A stretch of 64,000 nt of DNA from assembly GCA_965249485.1 (NCBI GenBank), contig OZ252239.1:2048001-2112000 (forward strand), read 5' to 3'. Source of the DNA: a bacterium. GTDB taxonomy: Bacteria > SM23-31. A program made the translations under genes and the position numbers. The notes beneath the pieces are model-generated. The model ran no database searches. It saw only the letters and a list, made by a program, of their open reading frames with translations, and had not been told where the DNA came from. Of the stretch, positions 11,527-21,473 are shown piece by piece. How positions within the stretch are numbered: position 1 is the first letter of the stretch; every line of letters begins with the position of its first letter.

Positions 11527-13652
11527 ATGGAAAAGCACATTCAGAATCTCAATGCTATATTTAAACCCCGCTCTGTTGCCGTTATTGGTGCAACTATGCG
11601 CGAAGGTTCTCTGGGGCGTACCCTCATGAAAAATCTTGTTGAGTATGAATTTAACGGCAAAATTTTTCCTGTTAATCCTAAAAGAGAAGTAATACACAGC
11701 ATAAAATGTTTTCATTCGGTGTCTTCCATTCCTGATAAGGTAGATCTTGGCATAATAATAGTGCCGAGAGATTATGTATTACCAACCATAGAAGAATGCG
11801 GTAAAAAAGGAATAAAAGGTGTTGTCGTAATAACCGCAGGTTTTAAAGAAGTGGGGGGTGCTGGCATCGAAATAGAAAATCAGGTCATGCAAAACCCTGA
11901 AACAATACGATATGAGAATGGTTGGTCCTAATTGTATGGGTGTAATTAACACAAATCCCGAAGTTCGTCTTGATGCTACTTTTGCACCTGAATATCCCAA
12001 TCGAGGTAATATCGGATTCCTCTCCCAAAGTGGTGCACTCGGCTTATCAATCATCAACTCATCAAATATATTTAATCTCGGAATGTCAATGTTTGTCAGT
12101 GTCGGAAATAAAACTGACATATCTGGTAATGACCTTCTCGAATATTGGGAAGACGATCCCGACGTGGAAGTAATTCTCATGTATCTGGAAAGCTTAGGTA
12201 ATCCGAGAAAATTCACCCAGATAGCGTAACGGGTAGCGAAAAAGAAACCAATATTTGCCGTAAAAGCCGGAAGGACGCTTGCTGGTGCTAAGGCGGCATC
12301 TTCTCACACGGGTGCAATAGCAGGAACCGATGTAGCAGTGGAAGCGCTCTTTGAGCAGTGCGGTGTGATCAGAGACAAAACCATGCAGGAAATGTTTGAA
12401 CTTGCAATTGCATTTTCACCTAAAAAATATCCGAAGGGAAAGCGAGTTGCAATCGTAACCAACGGAGGCGGACCGGGTATTATGGCGGCAGATGCCTGTA
12501 ATAGTATTGGCCTTGAGGTACCCACCTTTTCAGATGAAACACAAAAAGCGTTACGGTCTCATCTTGCACCAGAGGCATCTGTGACAAATCCGATTGATAT
12601 GATCGCAAGCGGCGATCCAGATGAATTTGAGAATGTTCTTGATGTCCGTATCTAATGATGACGAAATAGGCGCTATTCTGGCAATATCTATTACGCCACC
12701 GACAAGAATTAATCCTCAGGATATAATTCGTAAAATATCCGAGGCGGCAACAAAAACAGACAAGCCGATTCTTTCTGTTATGATGGGCAGTGAATCGCTT
12801 CCTGCGAATGAATCACAAACATCCGTCATTGAGCATGCGAGTTATCAGTTCCCGGAACCCGGTGCATATTCAATTCTGCAGATGTACCGGTATAGACAAT
12901 GGTGTGAAAAACCGGAAGGAAAAATAAAAAAATTCAAGGTCGAAAAAGAAAATGTTGCAAAAATTCTCGATAAAGAGGGTAAAAAAGCACCTCACTATTT
13001 GACAAATAAACAGGTTTTTGATATATTGTCTGCCTATAATCTGCCGTTTGTCGAATCTGAATCAGCTTCATCACATCATGCTGCTGCTAAAATAGCCGAG
13101 AAGATTGGGTTTCCTGTTGTTCTAAAAGCAGAAGCAAAAAATCTTATTCATAAGACTGATATCGGTGGTGTTTTGGTAGATCTCAGAAACAGAGGTGAAG
13201 TGATAGATGCTTTTTATAACTTAAAAGAGAAAGTGGAGTCGCAAAATAAAGACTCATTTAAAGGTGTCTTAGTGCAAAAGATGGTAACCAAAGGAAAAGA
13301 GGTTATTCTCGGAATGACATCGAAGAAAATGTTCGGTCCATTATTATTGTTCGGATTGGGTGGGATATTTGTTGAAGTGTTGAAAGATGTGCAGGTACGG
13401 CCGGCACCTATAACTGATCTTGATGCAGATTAAATGGTCCGCTCTATTAAAGGTTATCCCATCCTTGAAGGAATACGGGGAGACAAAAGTGTCGATTTTG
13501 AAATCCTTAAAGAATCTCTTCTCAAGTTGTCACAACTTGTGACAGATTTCGAAAGTATTCATGCAATTGATATTAATCCGTTTATGGTCAGCAGCAAGGC
13601 ACATTCTTCTTTTATTGTTGATGCGCGAATGCTTGTTGGAAATGAAGATTAA
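11527..13652 (+). pseudogene. Acetate/acyl-CoA ligase (ADP-forming, fused alpha-beta; Pat/Acd family), disrupted
   Basis: SVAVIGAT, VGPNCMG, SQSGALG, SVGNKTD, ASSHTGA, VTNGGGPG, GFPVVLK, IDINP across fragments; +1 shifts near 11892 and 12646; in-frame TAA at 12227 and 13431. Confidence 0.9.
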
Positions 13653-13681
13653 AACCACCGGCTAATCACTAGAAAATAGGT

Positions 13682-14734
13682 ATGAGAAAAAATATTATTA
13701 TTACCTTTTTCATTATTAGTCTAATTGTTTCTGTGTTACAAACTGCACTTTCACAAGAAATCATCGGTTTCGACCAAGGAGAGGACAGCAAGCTTCCCAG
13801 GGAAAAACTCAAAGCTGCAATCGATCTTATTATTCAGGGAAAATATGACCATGCCGCAGCGTTTGCCGAATGCAATCTGAAAGACTCTCTTGCTGTCCGG
13901 TTCATTTTGATTTCGGCTTCATATGCCCGCCTCGGTGAACTGGAAACGTCCGAAGGTCAGCGTGAGTTTTTCAATGCAATAGATACTATTGAAAACATTG
14001 CTGAAAATCGGCTGATTCACAACTCTAACGATCTTGCAACGTTATTTTATTATGGATCGGCTCTCTGTTACCGGTCCGTGATACACAGAACAAACGGAAG
14101 TGTCTGGAAAGCCTTTTCCGATGCCCGGGCCGGCAAAAAACTCCTCGAAAAGTGTCTTCGAATCAGCCCGGAGTTCTCCGAACCTCATCTGCTTCTCGGT
14201 TCATATACCTACTGGATAAGTAAGGTAAATATCTTACGCTTTGTCCCTTTTGTTCCCGATAATAGAAAAAAGGGAATTGAAAAAATTGTTGCGTATGGTA
14301 ATCCTCAATCGATTTCGTACGCAATGAGCCTCAATCAGCTGTTCTGGATTTATATGGACGGAAAACAATATGATGAAGCGGAAGCAGTTGTCCTGAAAGG
14401 TCTGGAGCTCTATCCGGAAAGCAGGTTCTTTCTTTATCCGGCTGCCAATCTCGCACAGAAAAATGAGGAGTGGGAGAAAGCTGCCGGTTTTTTTGCGAAT
14501 GTCTATGACTCTCTTGTTAAAGACGGATTTGCTAATCGGTATATGGCATTAAAAGTAAGGGTAAAACAGGCTGAATCGTATGTGCAAATAAAAAAATTCA
14601 AGGAAGCTGTGCTGCTTTGTATCGAAATGAGCACCATGTTAGCAATACCCTCAGAACAGGAAAAAAGTGAATCCCTATATAAACGCGCACAAAAGATAGT
14701 GAGCCGATATTCCGCTTATGCAAATGATAATTAA
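13682..14734 (+). CDS. Secreted TPR-repeat protein
   Basis: Signal peptide; helical repeats (ATLFYYGSA, LEKCLRISPEF, YDEAEAVVLKGLELYPES). Confidence 0.7.
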   Translation: MRKNIIITFFIISLIVSVLQTALSQEIIGFDQGEDSKLPREKLKAAIDLIIQGKYDHAAAFAECNLKDSLAVRFILISASYARLGELETSEGQREFFNAIDTIENIAENRLIHNSNDLATLFYYGSALCYRSVIHRTNGSVWKAFSDARAGKKLLEKCLRISPEFSEPHLLLGSYTYWISKVNILRFVPFVPDNRKKGIEKIVAYGNPQSISYAMSLNQLFWIYMDGKQYDEAEAVVLKGLELYPESRFFLYPAANLAQKNEEWEKAAGFFANVYDSLVKDGFANRYMALKVRVKQAESYVQIKKFKEAVLLCIEMSTMLAIPSEQEKSESLYKRAQKIVSRYSAYANDN

Positions 14735-14909
14735 TGCCGGATTGTGTGATTTTTTCACATTCTTTCCTCATCCCGCAATAAAAATGAAACTTCTCGAAAG
14801 TTTTGTGGTTAAATGTACTGATATATTGTATAGTTTCCATATGCTTTGATCTGCAAAATTGTCAAAGTGATTATGCAATTAATGTTGCTAAAGCAGGAAT
14901 AAATAAGCT

Positions 14910-16124
14910 ATGTCCTTATTCGAATATAAAGGTATTAATCAAAATGGACAGCATGTAACCGGAACGATGGAAGCAGCAGTTGCCGGAGCTGTTTTTGAGT
15001 ATCTTGACAAACAGAATATTACTCCGGTCAGAATTTCTGTTAAAAAAGAAGGTCTTCAGCTCAACTTCAACTTGTTCAAGAAAAAAGCAAAAATAAAAGA
15101 TGTTGAGCTCGTCCAGTTCACGAAACAGCTTGTAACGCTGCTGAAGGCTGGAGCGCCGATTTCTTCCTGTTTAGATGCTCTATCTGAACAAAATGATAAT
15201 CAAGATTTCAAAAATGTGTTGAAGCAGATACATAGTAATGTTGAAGAAGGAATTAGCTTATCAGATGCACTAACAAAGCACCCGTCAATTTTCAATAAAC
15301 TTTATGTACATGGTGTGAAAGCGGGTGAGGCTGGCGGTGTTCTCGATCAGGTCCTACAGCGGATCGGAATGCTCATGGCTTACGAGTCGGATATCAAACA
15401 AAAAGTAAAGAGCGCAATGCGTTATCCGATCTTTGTTATTTCAGCGATCGGTGTAGCTTTTGTTTTATTGATGACACTGGTTGTTCCTAATTTTGTTGAA
15501 ATGTTTACTCGAAGCGGAACAGCGCTGCCGCTTCCGACGAGGATCATGATCGGCATGAGCAATTTTATGCAGAATTACTGGTGGCTTATCATAATAATGG
15601 GCATAGGTGGAACAATCGGATTTCTTTTCTACCGCGGGACTCCCAAGGGCAAGTACAATATCGACATGTTCAAATTGAAGGTGCCTGTATTCGGGAATTT
15701 AGTTATGAAATCTTCTATGTCCCGGTTTGCCCATATGTTTGAAACGTTGAACAAAAGCGGTTTGCCGATTTTGCAGACAATGGAAATTGTGTCGACAACA
15801 ATTGGAAACAAAGTGATCAGCAGTGGACTTGATAAAGTTGGACAGGGTATTGAGAAAGGGAGAGGTATATCAGGGCCACTCAAGGAGAGCGGAATGTTTC
15901 CGCCCCTTGTCATCAGAATGATTGCGGTTGGTGAGCAGTCAGGTTCGCTGGATGAAATGCTCCAAAATGTTGCAGAGCACTATGATTCGGAAGTTACTTA
16001 TCTGATTGAAAATCTCGTAGGAATGATCGAACCGATTCTTACAATTACTATTGGTGCAATGGTGCTTTTTTTAGCCCTGAGTATCTTTTTGCCAATGTGG
16101 GATTCGATGAACACATTAGGCTAG
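14910..16124 (+). CDS. pilC: Type II secretion/type IV pilus platform protein (GspF/PilC)
   Basis: FTKQLVTLLKAG, AGEAGGVLD, SAMRYP, LPLPTR, VGEQSGSLDEML, IEP. Confidence 0.92.
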   Translation: MSLFEYKGINQNGQHVTGTMEAAVAGAVFEYLDKQNITPVRISVKKEGLQLNFNLFKKKAKIKDVELVQFTKQLVTLLKAGAPISSCLDALSEQNDNQDFKNVLKQIHSNVEEGISLSDALTKHPSIFNKLYVHGVKAGEAGGVLDQVLQRIGMLMAYESDIKQKVKSAMRYPIFVISAIGVAFVLLMTLVVPNFVEMFTRSGTALPLPTRIMIGMSNFMQNYWWLIIIMGIGGTIGFLFYRGTPKGKYNIDMFKLKVPVFGNLVMKSSMSRFAHMFETLNKSGLPILQTMEIVSTTIGNKVISSGLDKVGQGIEKGRGISGPLKESGMFPPLVIRMIAVGEQSGSLDEMLQNVAEHYDSEVTYLIENLVGMIEPILTITIGAMVLFLALSIFLPMWDSMNTLG

Positions 16125-16231
16125 TCAGCTAACAATAGCAAAAACATTTTTTATTATTGATCTGCTTTGGGTGTATTAATTGTGACAGTGATTATAGCAG
16201 GTTTTTAAAAGGAAGTAAGTAAAGTAATCCT

Positions 16232-16474
16232 ATGAAATTATTGTTGATTCAGGTTTTAGATATCTATATGTTTGTCATCATTATCCGGGTAGTACTCTCA
16301 TGGGTAAAGGTAAGTCATTCAAATCCTGTCATTGGTATGATCTATACCTTGACAGAACCTGTATTAGAACCTATACGTCGAATACTTCCGAATATGGGTG
16401 GAATTGACTTGTCACCGCTCGTTGTATTTTTTGTATACAATTTATTGTTGAAACCGTTTATTATAGGTTTATAG
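16232..16474 (+). CDS. yggT: YggT family membrane protein
   Basis: IIRVVLSW, LTEPVLEPIRRILP, GGIDLSP. Confidence 0.93.
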   Translation: MKLLLIQVLDIYMFVIIIRVVLSWVKVSHSNPVIGMIYTLTEPVLEPIRRILPNMGGIDLSPLVVFFVYNLLLKPFIIGL

Positions 16475-16510
16475 AAAATTCATAGAAAAGTTTTAGAAAG
16501 GGAAGCTGCA

Positions 16511-16861
16511 ATGACAACCTTATGGGACTCCATCAGAAAAGGACTCATTGATGGAGCAAAAATGGCTAAGGAAGGCGCGCATATTGCTGCCGAAAAAGCA
16601 GAAGAACTCGGAAAAAAGAGTAAAATCATGCTTGATATTAGCAATATTAAGCGGAAAATAGAGAAAAATTTTACTGAACTTGGAGGGAAAACATATCATC
16701 TGATCCAGGAAGAAAAAGTCAAAGAAATATCGGATAATACCGACATAAAGACATTATTGAAAACTATCAAAACTCTTGAGAGCGACCTGCGGAAGAAACA
16801 TTCGGAACTTGAGCAGATCAGTGAAAGCTCAGGAGCAGAAAAAACTGCTGATGCCGAATAA
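16511..16861 (+). CDS. Hypothetical coiled-coil protein
   Basis: 116-aa ORF with RBS, helical/coiled-coil composition. Confidence 0.7.
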   Translation: MTTLWDSIRKGLIDGAKMAKEGAHIAAEKAEELGKKSKIMLDISNIKRKIEKNFTELGGKTYHLIQEEKVKEISDNTDIKTLLKTIKTLESDLRKKHSELEQISESSGAEKTADAE

Positions 16862-16874
16862 TAAGAATCGTTGT

Positions 16875-16901
16875 TTACGGTAAATAAACATTACCGTTTT
16901 T
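16875..16901 (+). terminator. Possible intrinsic terminator
   Basis: ACGGTAA-7nt-TTACCGT followed by a T run after the 16511 ORF. Confidence 0.4.
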
Positions 16902-16994
16902 CAATAGTGAGACGTATCAACGGACAAAAATATTATTAAATAAAATAATTGTTATAATGTTCGTTAGAAATTCTAAACTAATGGTAGGGAGTAT

Positions 16995-17852
16995 ATGATC
17001 AAATTGAGTCAAAAGCAGAGCAATCGTGAGAACCAGTCATTAGATAAATACCTTCAGGAGATTGGAGAAGTGCCGTTGTTAGCTCCTGCTGAAGAGATTG
17101 ATTTAGCACGACTTATTAAGCAAAATGATCAGGGAGCACTTGAAAAATTGACAAAAGCGAATCTCAGGTTTGTTGTAAGTGTTGCAAAACAGTATCAAAA
17201 TCAAGGACTTACCTTGGGGGACTTAATAAACGAAGGAAATCTTGGCCTCATTAAAGCCGCGAACCGGTTTGACGAAACGCGTGGATTTAAATTCATATCC
17301 TATGCAGTGTGGTGGATTCGGCAATCGATTCTCCAGGCACTTGCAGAACAGTCCCGCGTTGTACGACTTCCATTAAACCGTGTTGGCGCATTAAATAAAA
17401 TTGGAAAAGCGCTCAGCAACCTTGAACAGGAATTTGAACGGGAACCAAGCGCCTCTGAAATTGCAGAAGAGCTGGAAATGACACCGTTCGAGGTTTCGGA
17501 TACGCTAAAAATCTCGGGGCGCCATCTCTCAATGGATGCACCTTTCAACCAGGGTGAGGATAACCGGCTTCTTGATGTTATACAAAATGACCGGCAACCT
17601 TCACCGGATAATGACCTCATGCGAGAATCACTGAAAGATGAGGTAGAAAGGGCACTCTCAACATTAACCCGTAGAGAAGCAGAGGTTGTAAAACTGTATT
17701 TTGGACTTGACCAGGAACACCCATTAACGCTTGAAGAAATCGGTGAACAATTTAATCTAACGCGCGAACGGGTTCGTCAAATTAAAGAAAAAGCGATCAA
17801 GCGGCTAAGACACGCATCAAGAAGCCGATCGCTCCGCACATACCTCGGATAG
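16995..17852 (+). CDS. rpoD: Sigma-70 factor, RpoD/SigA family (short form without region 1.1)
   Basis: [51 protein letters not shown]. Confidence 0.9.
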   Translation: MIKLSQKQSNRENQSLDKYLQEIGEVPLLAPAEEIDLARLIKQNDQGALEKLTKANLRFVVSVAKQYQNQGLTLGDLINEGNLGLIKAANRFDETRGFKFISYAVWWIRQSILQALAEQSRVVRLPLNRVGALNKIGKALSNLEQEFEREPSASEIAEELEMTPFEVSDTLKISGRHLSMDAPFNQGEDNRLLDVIQNDRQPSPDNDLMRESLKDEVERALSTLTRREAEVVKLYFGLDQEHPLTLEEIGEQFNLTRERVRQIKEKAIKRLRHASRSRSLRTYLG

Positions 17853-17862
17853 TAAAATTACC

Positions 17863-17891
17863 TTGACTTAAGAAAAATAATTTCTTAATTT
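17863..17891 (+). promoter_or_regulatory. Putative sigma-70 promoter
   Basis: TTGACT-N17-TAATTT upstream of the M23 gene; the same hexamer pair precedes mntR. Confidence 0.5.
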
Positions 17892-17943
17892 TTCCGCTGA
17901 ATACAAATTCGCTGTAATTATTGTATAATATTTCAGGATACTT

Positions 17944-18912
17944 ATGAAGAAGAAATTCCGTTTGGTTCTGTTTTCCAATACCTCATCTTCAGCAAAAGAA
18001 GTAAACTTATCTAAATTTCAAATAGTGCTTTTCTCTTTATTTGTCCTTTTTGTATTTTCATCTGTTACAGGTGTCGGCGTAAGTATTTTATCGGACTATT
18101 TATATAGTTTTAAAATCGGTTTACTGCAACAGGAGAGAAATCAGATTAGAGGTTCTCTTCAGGAAATGAAGCAGGATTTTACGCAACTTGAAAACAGATT
18201 GGAAAAACTTTACGAGATGGATCAAGAACTACGATTGTTGATTGATCTTGACGTATTTGACCCCGCGCTTCGCGAAGTCGGCATAGGCGGCGGCAATGAT
18301 ATTCCCGCCAGGCAAAGTGAATTTTTCTTTACCGAATCAGAATTAGTCTCTGATTTGTCTACTCAAAAATTGGTAAAGCTGAGTAACCTTGTTAATCTTC
18401 AGGAGAAAAGCTACGCTTCAATTTTAAGTGGACTTGAGGAGCATAAAGAGTGGTTACGATTCTATCCGTCCGGTAATCCTTTGGAAGGCGGTCGTGTAAC
18501 TTCTTGGTATGGTTACCGTAAAAATCCTTATGGCTCAGGACAGGAACATCATGATGGTGTTGATATATCGAAGCCGCGTGGTAGCCCTATCTATGCGGCA
18601 GCTGATGGGATAATTGATGTGATATCCAGCAAAGATCTGAGAACGGGGCTTGGCAGGTATATAGTGATTAATCATATGAGTGAGAAATATGGTTATATTA
18701 CCCAGTACGGTCATATGTTAAAATTTGAGCCTGGTCTGAAAAAAGGGATGTTTGTTAAAAGAGGTCGGAAGATCGGGGAAGTTGGTAGTAGCGGAAGGTC
18801 AACCGGTCCGCATCTCCATTATGCAATAAAATTCATTGATCCGAACTCAGGCGCTGAGCAGTATCGTGATCCACGACTCGAACATTGGAATCCAAAAGCT
18901 TACGGGTATTAA
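17944..18912 (+). CDS. M23 family metallopeptidase
   Basis: TM, coiled coil, HDGVD, YGHM, STGPHLHY. Confidence 0.92.
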   Translation: MKKKFRLVLFSNTSSSAKEVNLSKFQIVLFSLFVLFVFSSVTGVGVSILSDYLYSFKIGLLQQERNQIRGSLQEMKQDFTQLENRLEKLYEMDQELRLLIDLDVFDPALREVGIGGGNDIPARQSEFFFTESELVSDLSTQKLVKLSNLVNLQEKSYASILSGLEEHKEWLRFYPSGNPLEGGRVTSWYGYRKNPYGSGQEHHDGVDISKPRGSPIYAAADGIIDVISSKDLRTGLGRYIVINHMSEKYGYITQYGHMLKFEPGLKKGMFVKRGRKIGEVGSSGRSTGPHLHYAIKFIDPNSGAEQYRDPRLEHWNPKAYGY

Positions 18913-18928
18913 AATTTTGAATGCAAAT

Positions 18929-18961
18929 AAAAACCACCTGAAAAATTCAGGTGGTTTTTTT
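18929..18961. terminator. Bidirectional intrinsic terminator
   Basis: AAAAACCACCTGAA-aaa-TTCAGGTGGTTTTT between the convergent M23 and rpmB genes. Confidence 0.85.
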
Positions 18962-18979
18962 ATTTCTATAATTTATTTC

Positions 18980-19195
18980 CTAAGAAGCCATAGCAGGTTT
19001 TTTCACTTTACCCGACCGTATGCAGCTTGTACATACGCGCATTCTCGTAACTGTTCCGTTATCAGTCTCTACTTTAATCTTTTGCAAATTCGGAAGCCAT
19101 CTCCGTCTCGTTAAATTATGAGCATGGCTGACATTATTGCCGACAATCGGACCTTTACCGCATATTTCACAACGTTTGGCCACCGTATACCTCAA
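18980..19195 (-). CDS. rpmB: 50S ribosomal protein L28
   Basis: [33 protein letters not shown]. Confidence 0.96.
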   Translation of the reverse strand: MRYTVAKRCEICGKGPIVGNNVSHAHNLTRRRWLPNLQKIKVETDNGTVTRMRVCTSCIRSGKVKKPAMAS

Positions 19196-19376
19196 TTCTA
19201 TTGTAGAATAAAATTAAGTTTAATAAAAATTCTTCTAAAAATCAATGGAAAAAAGCAAAACACCACATTATCAAATGACTTGTTATTTTTCGGTCATTGT
19301 CGTATATTTCATCTGAAAAAAATGGTAGTTAAACCGTTGGTTATCAATAAGTTTATATAGTGTATATATAGTCAAT

Positions 19377-20381
19377 GTGATGAAAATCGGTAATGTGAAA
19401 ATAGAAGGAAAAGTTGCGCTTGCCCCGCTGGCTGGTGTAACAGATATTCCATTCAGAATGATGTGCAAAGAACATGGCGCGGATGTCGTGTTTTCCGAAA
19501 TGGTCAGTTCAGAAGGACTTGTGAGGGGCTCGGAAAAAACAAATAAATATCTGAATTTCCTTGAAAGCGAACGACCGGTCGCACTTCAGCTTTTCGGAGG
19601 AAATCCGGAAGTTATGGGACAAGCTTCTGCAATTGTGGCAGAGCGAAAGCCTGATATAATTGATATAAATTTTGGTTGTCCTGTGAAAAAAGTTGTACGT
19701 AACGAAGCTGGATCAGCATTGCTGAAAGATCCACTGAAAATGGGGAGAATTGTTAATGCGATGGTAAAGTCTGTACCTGTTCCGGTAACTGCAAAAATCC
19801 GCTGCGGGTGGGATGAAAATTCAATGCCTGTATCGGAAATAGGAAAGATCCTTGAAGATAATGGTGCCGCCGCCATTGCAATTCACGCACGTACAAGACA
19901 AATGCAGTTTGAGGGGAAAGCGCTCTGGGATCAAATACGAAAGCTCAAAAACGCTGTGTCAATTCCCGTCATTGGTAATGGGGATGTACGGAATCCTGAA
20001 GATGCCCGGCGCATGTTTGCCGAAACAGGATGTGACATGGTTATGATTGGCCGTGGCGCAATGGGGAATCCTTGGATATTTAAGCAAATAAACCACTATC
20101 TCAAAGAAGGGAATATGCTTGAACAGCCTTCGGATGTAGAAAGAATTGAGGTGTGTCTCCGACAAATACGACTGTCACATGAATTTTATGGTCCTGCATA
20201 TACAAAGAATATAATGAAAAAACACATTGCTTGGTATGTTAAAGGTCTTCCAAACGGCTCAATATTGAAATCGAAAATTTTTGGGGCTTTGGATTATCAA
20301 ATGATGCAGAGTATTCTGGAAGAGTATTTCGATCAAATGTTGATAGATAATCCAGGCGATACATTTAGTGCTTATAACTAA
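19377..20381 (+). CDS. dusB: tRNA dihydrouridine synthase
   Basis: LAPLAGVTD, IDINFGCP, VTAKIR, IHART, GNGDV, MIGRG. Confidence 0.93.
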   Translation: MMKIGNVKIEGKVALAPLAGVTDIPFRMMCKEHGADVVFSEMVSSEGLVRGSEKTNKYLNFLESERPVALQLFGGNPEVMGQASAIVAERKPDIIDINFGCPVKKVVRNEAGSALLKDPLKMGRIVNAMVKSVPVPVTAKIRCGWDENSMPVSEIGKILEDNGAAAIAIHARTRQMQFEGKALWDQIRKLKNAVSIPVIGNGDVRNPEDARRMFAETGCDMVMIGRGAMGNPWIFKQINHYLKEGNMLEQPSDVERIEVCLRQIRLSHEFYGPAYTKNIMKKHIAWYVKGLPNGSILKSKIFGALDYQMMQSILEEYFDQMLIDNPGDTFSAYN

Positions 20382-20482
20382 CGAAAAAGCGGGTAGTTCT
20401 ATTTAGTGTGTACGATAGCACTTTTTTCGCATTTGTTTCTACTCCTTCAACTAAACACAATTAAAGATTGTGCTCTTACCTT

Positions 20483-21244
20483 ATGAATGAATCAAACTTA
20501 AAAAAGTACCTTGAACAGTACAAAAACGGGAATATTTCTGAAGATGATATCATTGGACATGTAAAGAAGTTGTCCACAGAAAATCTTGAGTTTGCACGGA
20601 TTGACCATCATCGGGCACTTCGCAAAGGATTTCCTGAAGTCATCTATTGTGAAGGGAAAAGAAATGACCAAATTAGAAAAATTGCCGAATCAATATTGAA
20701 AAATGACGGAATAGTATTAGCTACTCGTGCGACATCTGAAAATTATGAATATCTTATGACCTACCTTCCCGAACTCGTATTTTATCCTGATGCACGAATA
20801 ATTGCTACTCCGATTGAACCGGATGAAAAAGTGTCAAAAATGAAGTTAATTCTTATTGTGTCTGCCGGAACTGCTGATATTTCGGTTGCTGAAGAGGCTG
20901 CTGTGACAGCACGAGTGCTGGGTAACAATGTGAAAACTATTTATGATATTGGTGTTGCGGGAATGCATCGAATGCTCGACCATACTGAGGAATTTGATAA
21001 AGCAGGAGTGATTATTGTGGTTGCCGGTATGGAAGGGGCACTCGTCAGTGCAGTAGGTGGATTAACCAACAAGCCTATCATTGCTGTACCCACATCTGTC
21101 GGATACGGAACTGGTTTCGGCGGCCTTGCGGCATTAATGTCTATGCTAAATAGTTGTGCTTCAGGTATAACGGTAGTCAATATTGACAATGGTTTCGGCG
21201 CTGGCTTTGCGGCATCTTTAATAATTGATACGAAAAGTGTCTAA
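20483..21244 (+). CDS. larB: Nickel-pincer cofactor biosynthesis carboxylase/hydrolase LarB
   Basis: DHHRALRKGFPEVI, SAGTAD, DIGVAGMHR, AGMEGAL, AVPTSVGYG, VVNIDNGFGA. Confidence 0.93.
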   Translation: MNESNLKKYLEQYKNGNISEDDIIGHVKKLSTENLEFARIDHHRALRKGFPEVIYCEGKRNDQIRKIAESILKNDGIVLATRATSENYEYLMTYLPELVFYPDARIIATPIEPDEKVSKMKLILIVSAGTADISVAEEAAVTARVLGNNVKTIYDIGVAGMHRMLDHTEEFDKAGVIIVVAGMEGALVSAVGGLTNKPIIAVPTSVGYGTGFGGLAALMSMLNSCASGITVVNIDNGFGAGFAASLIIDTKSV

Positions 21245-21473
21245 AAACTTTTCTAGTTGATAGGCACAGCTAATTTGGAGTACCACGCTATTATTTGTTC
21301 TTATTAATTATATTATTGCGCTAACGTTTTACGAGTTTGAAGTATTATACAAAGTGTAATGATAATACGCATAGTATAGTTTAAAAAGTAGTTGAATTTC
21401 TATACTTCCATGTGAATAGTTTGAGCGATCTTATAGTAACCACCTTTAAAACTCCATTGAATCTTTCCATATT

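Noticed and set aside
12227..13433. Stop-codon reassignment explaining the in-frame stops
   Set aside because: TAA, TGA and TAG all terminate intact genes in this window, and the affected gene also has frameshifts.
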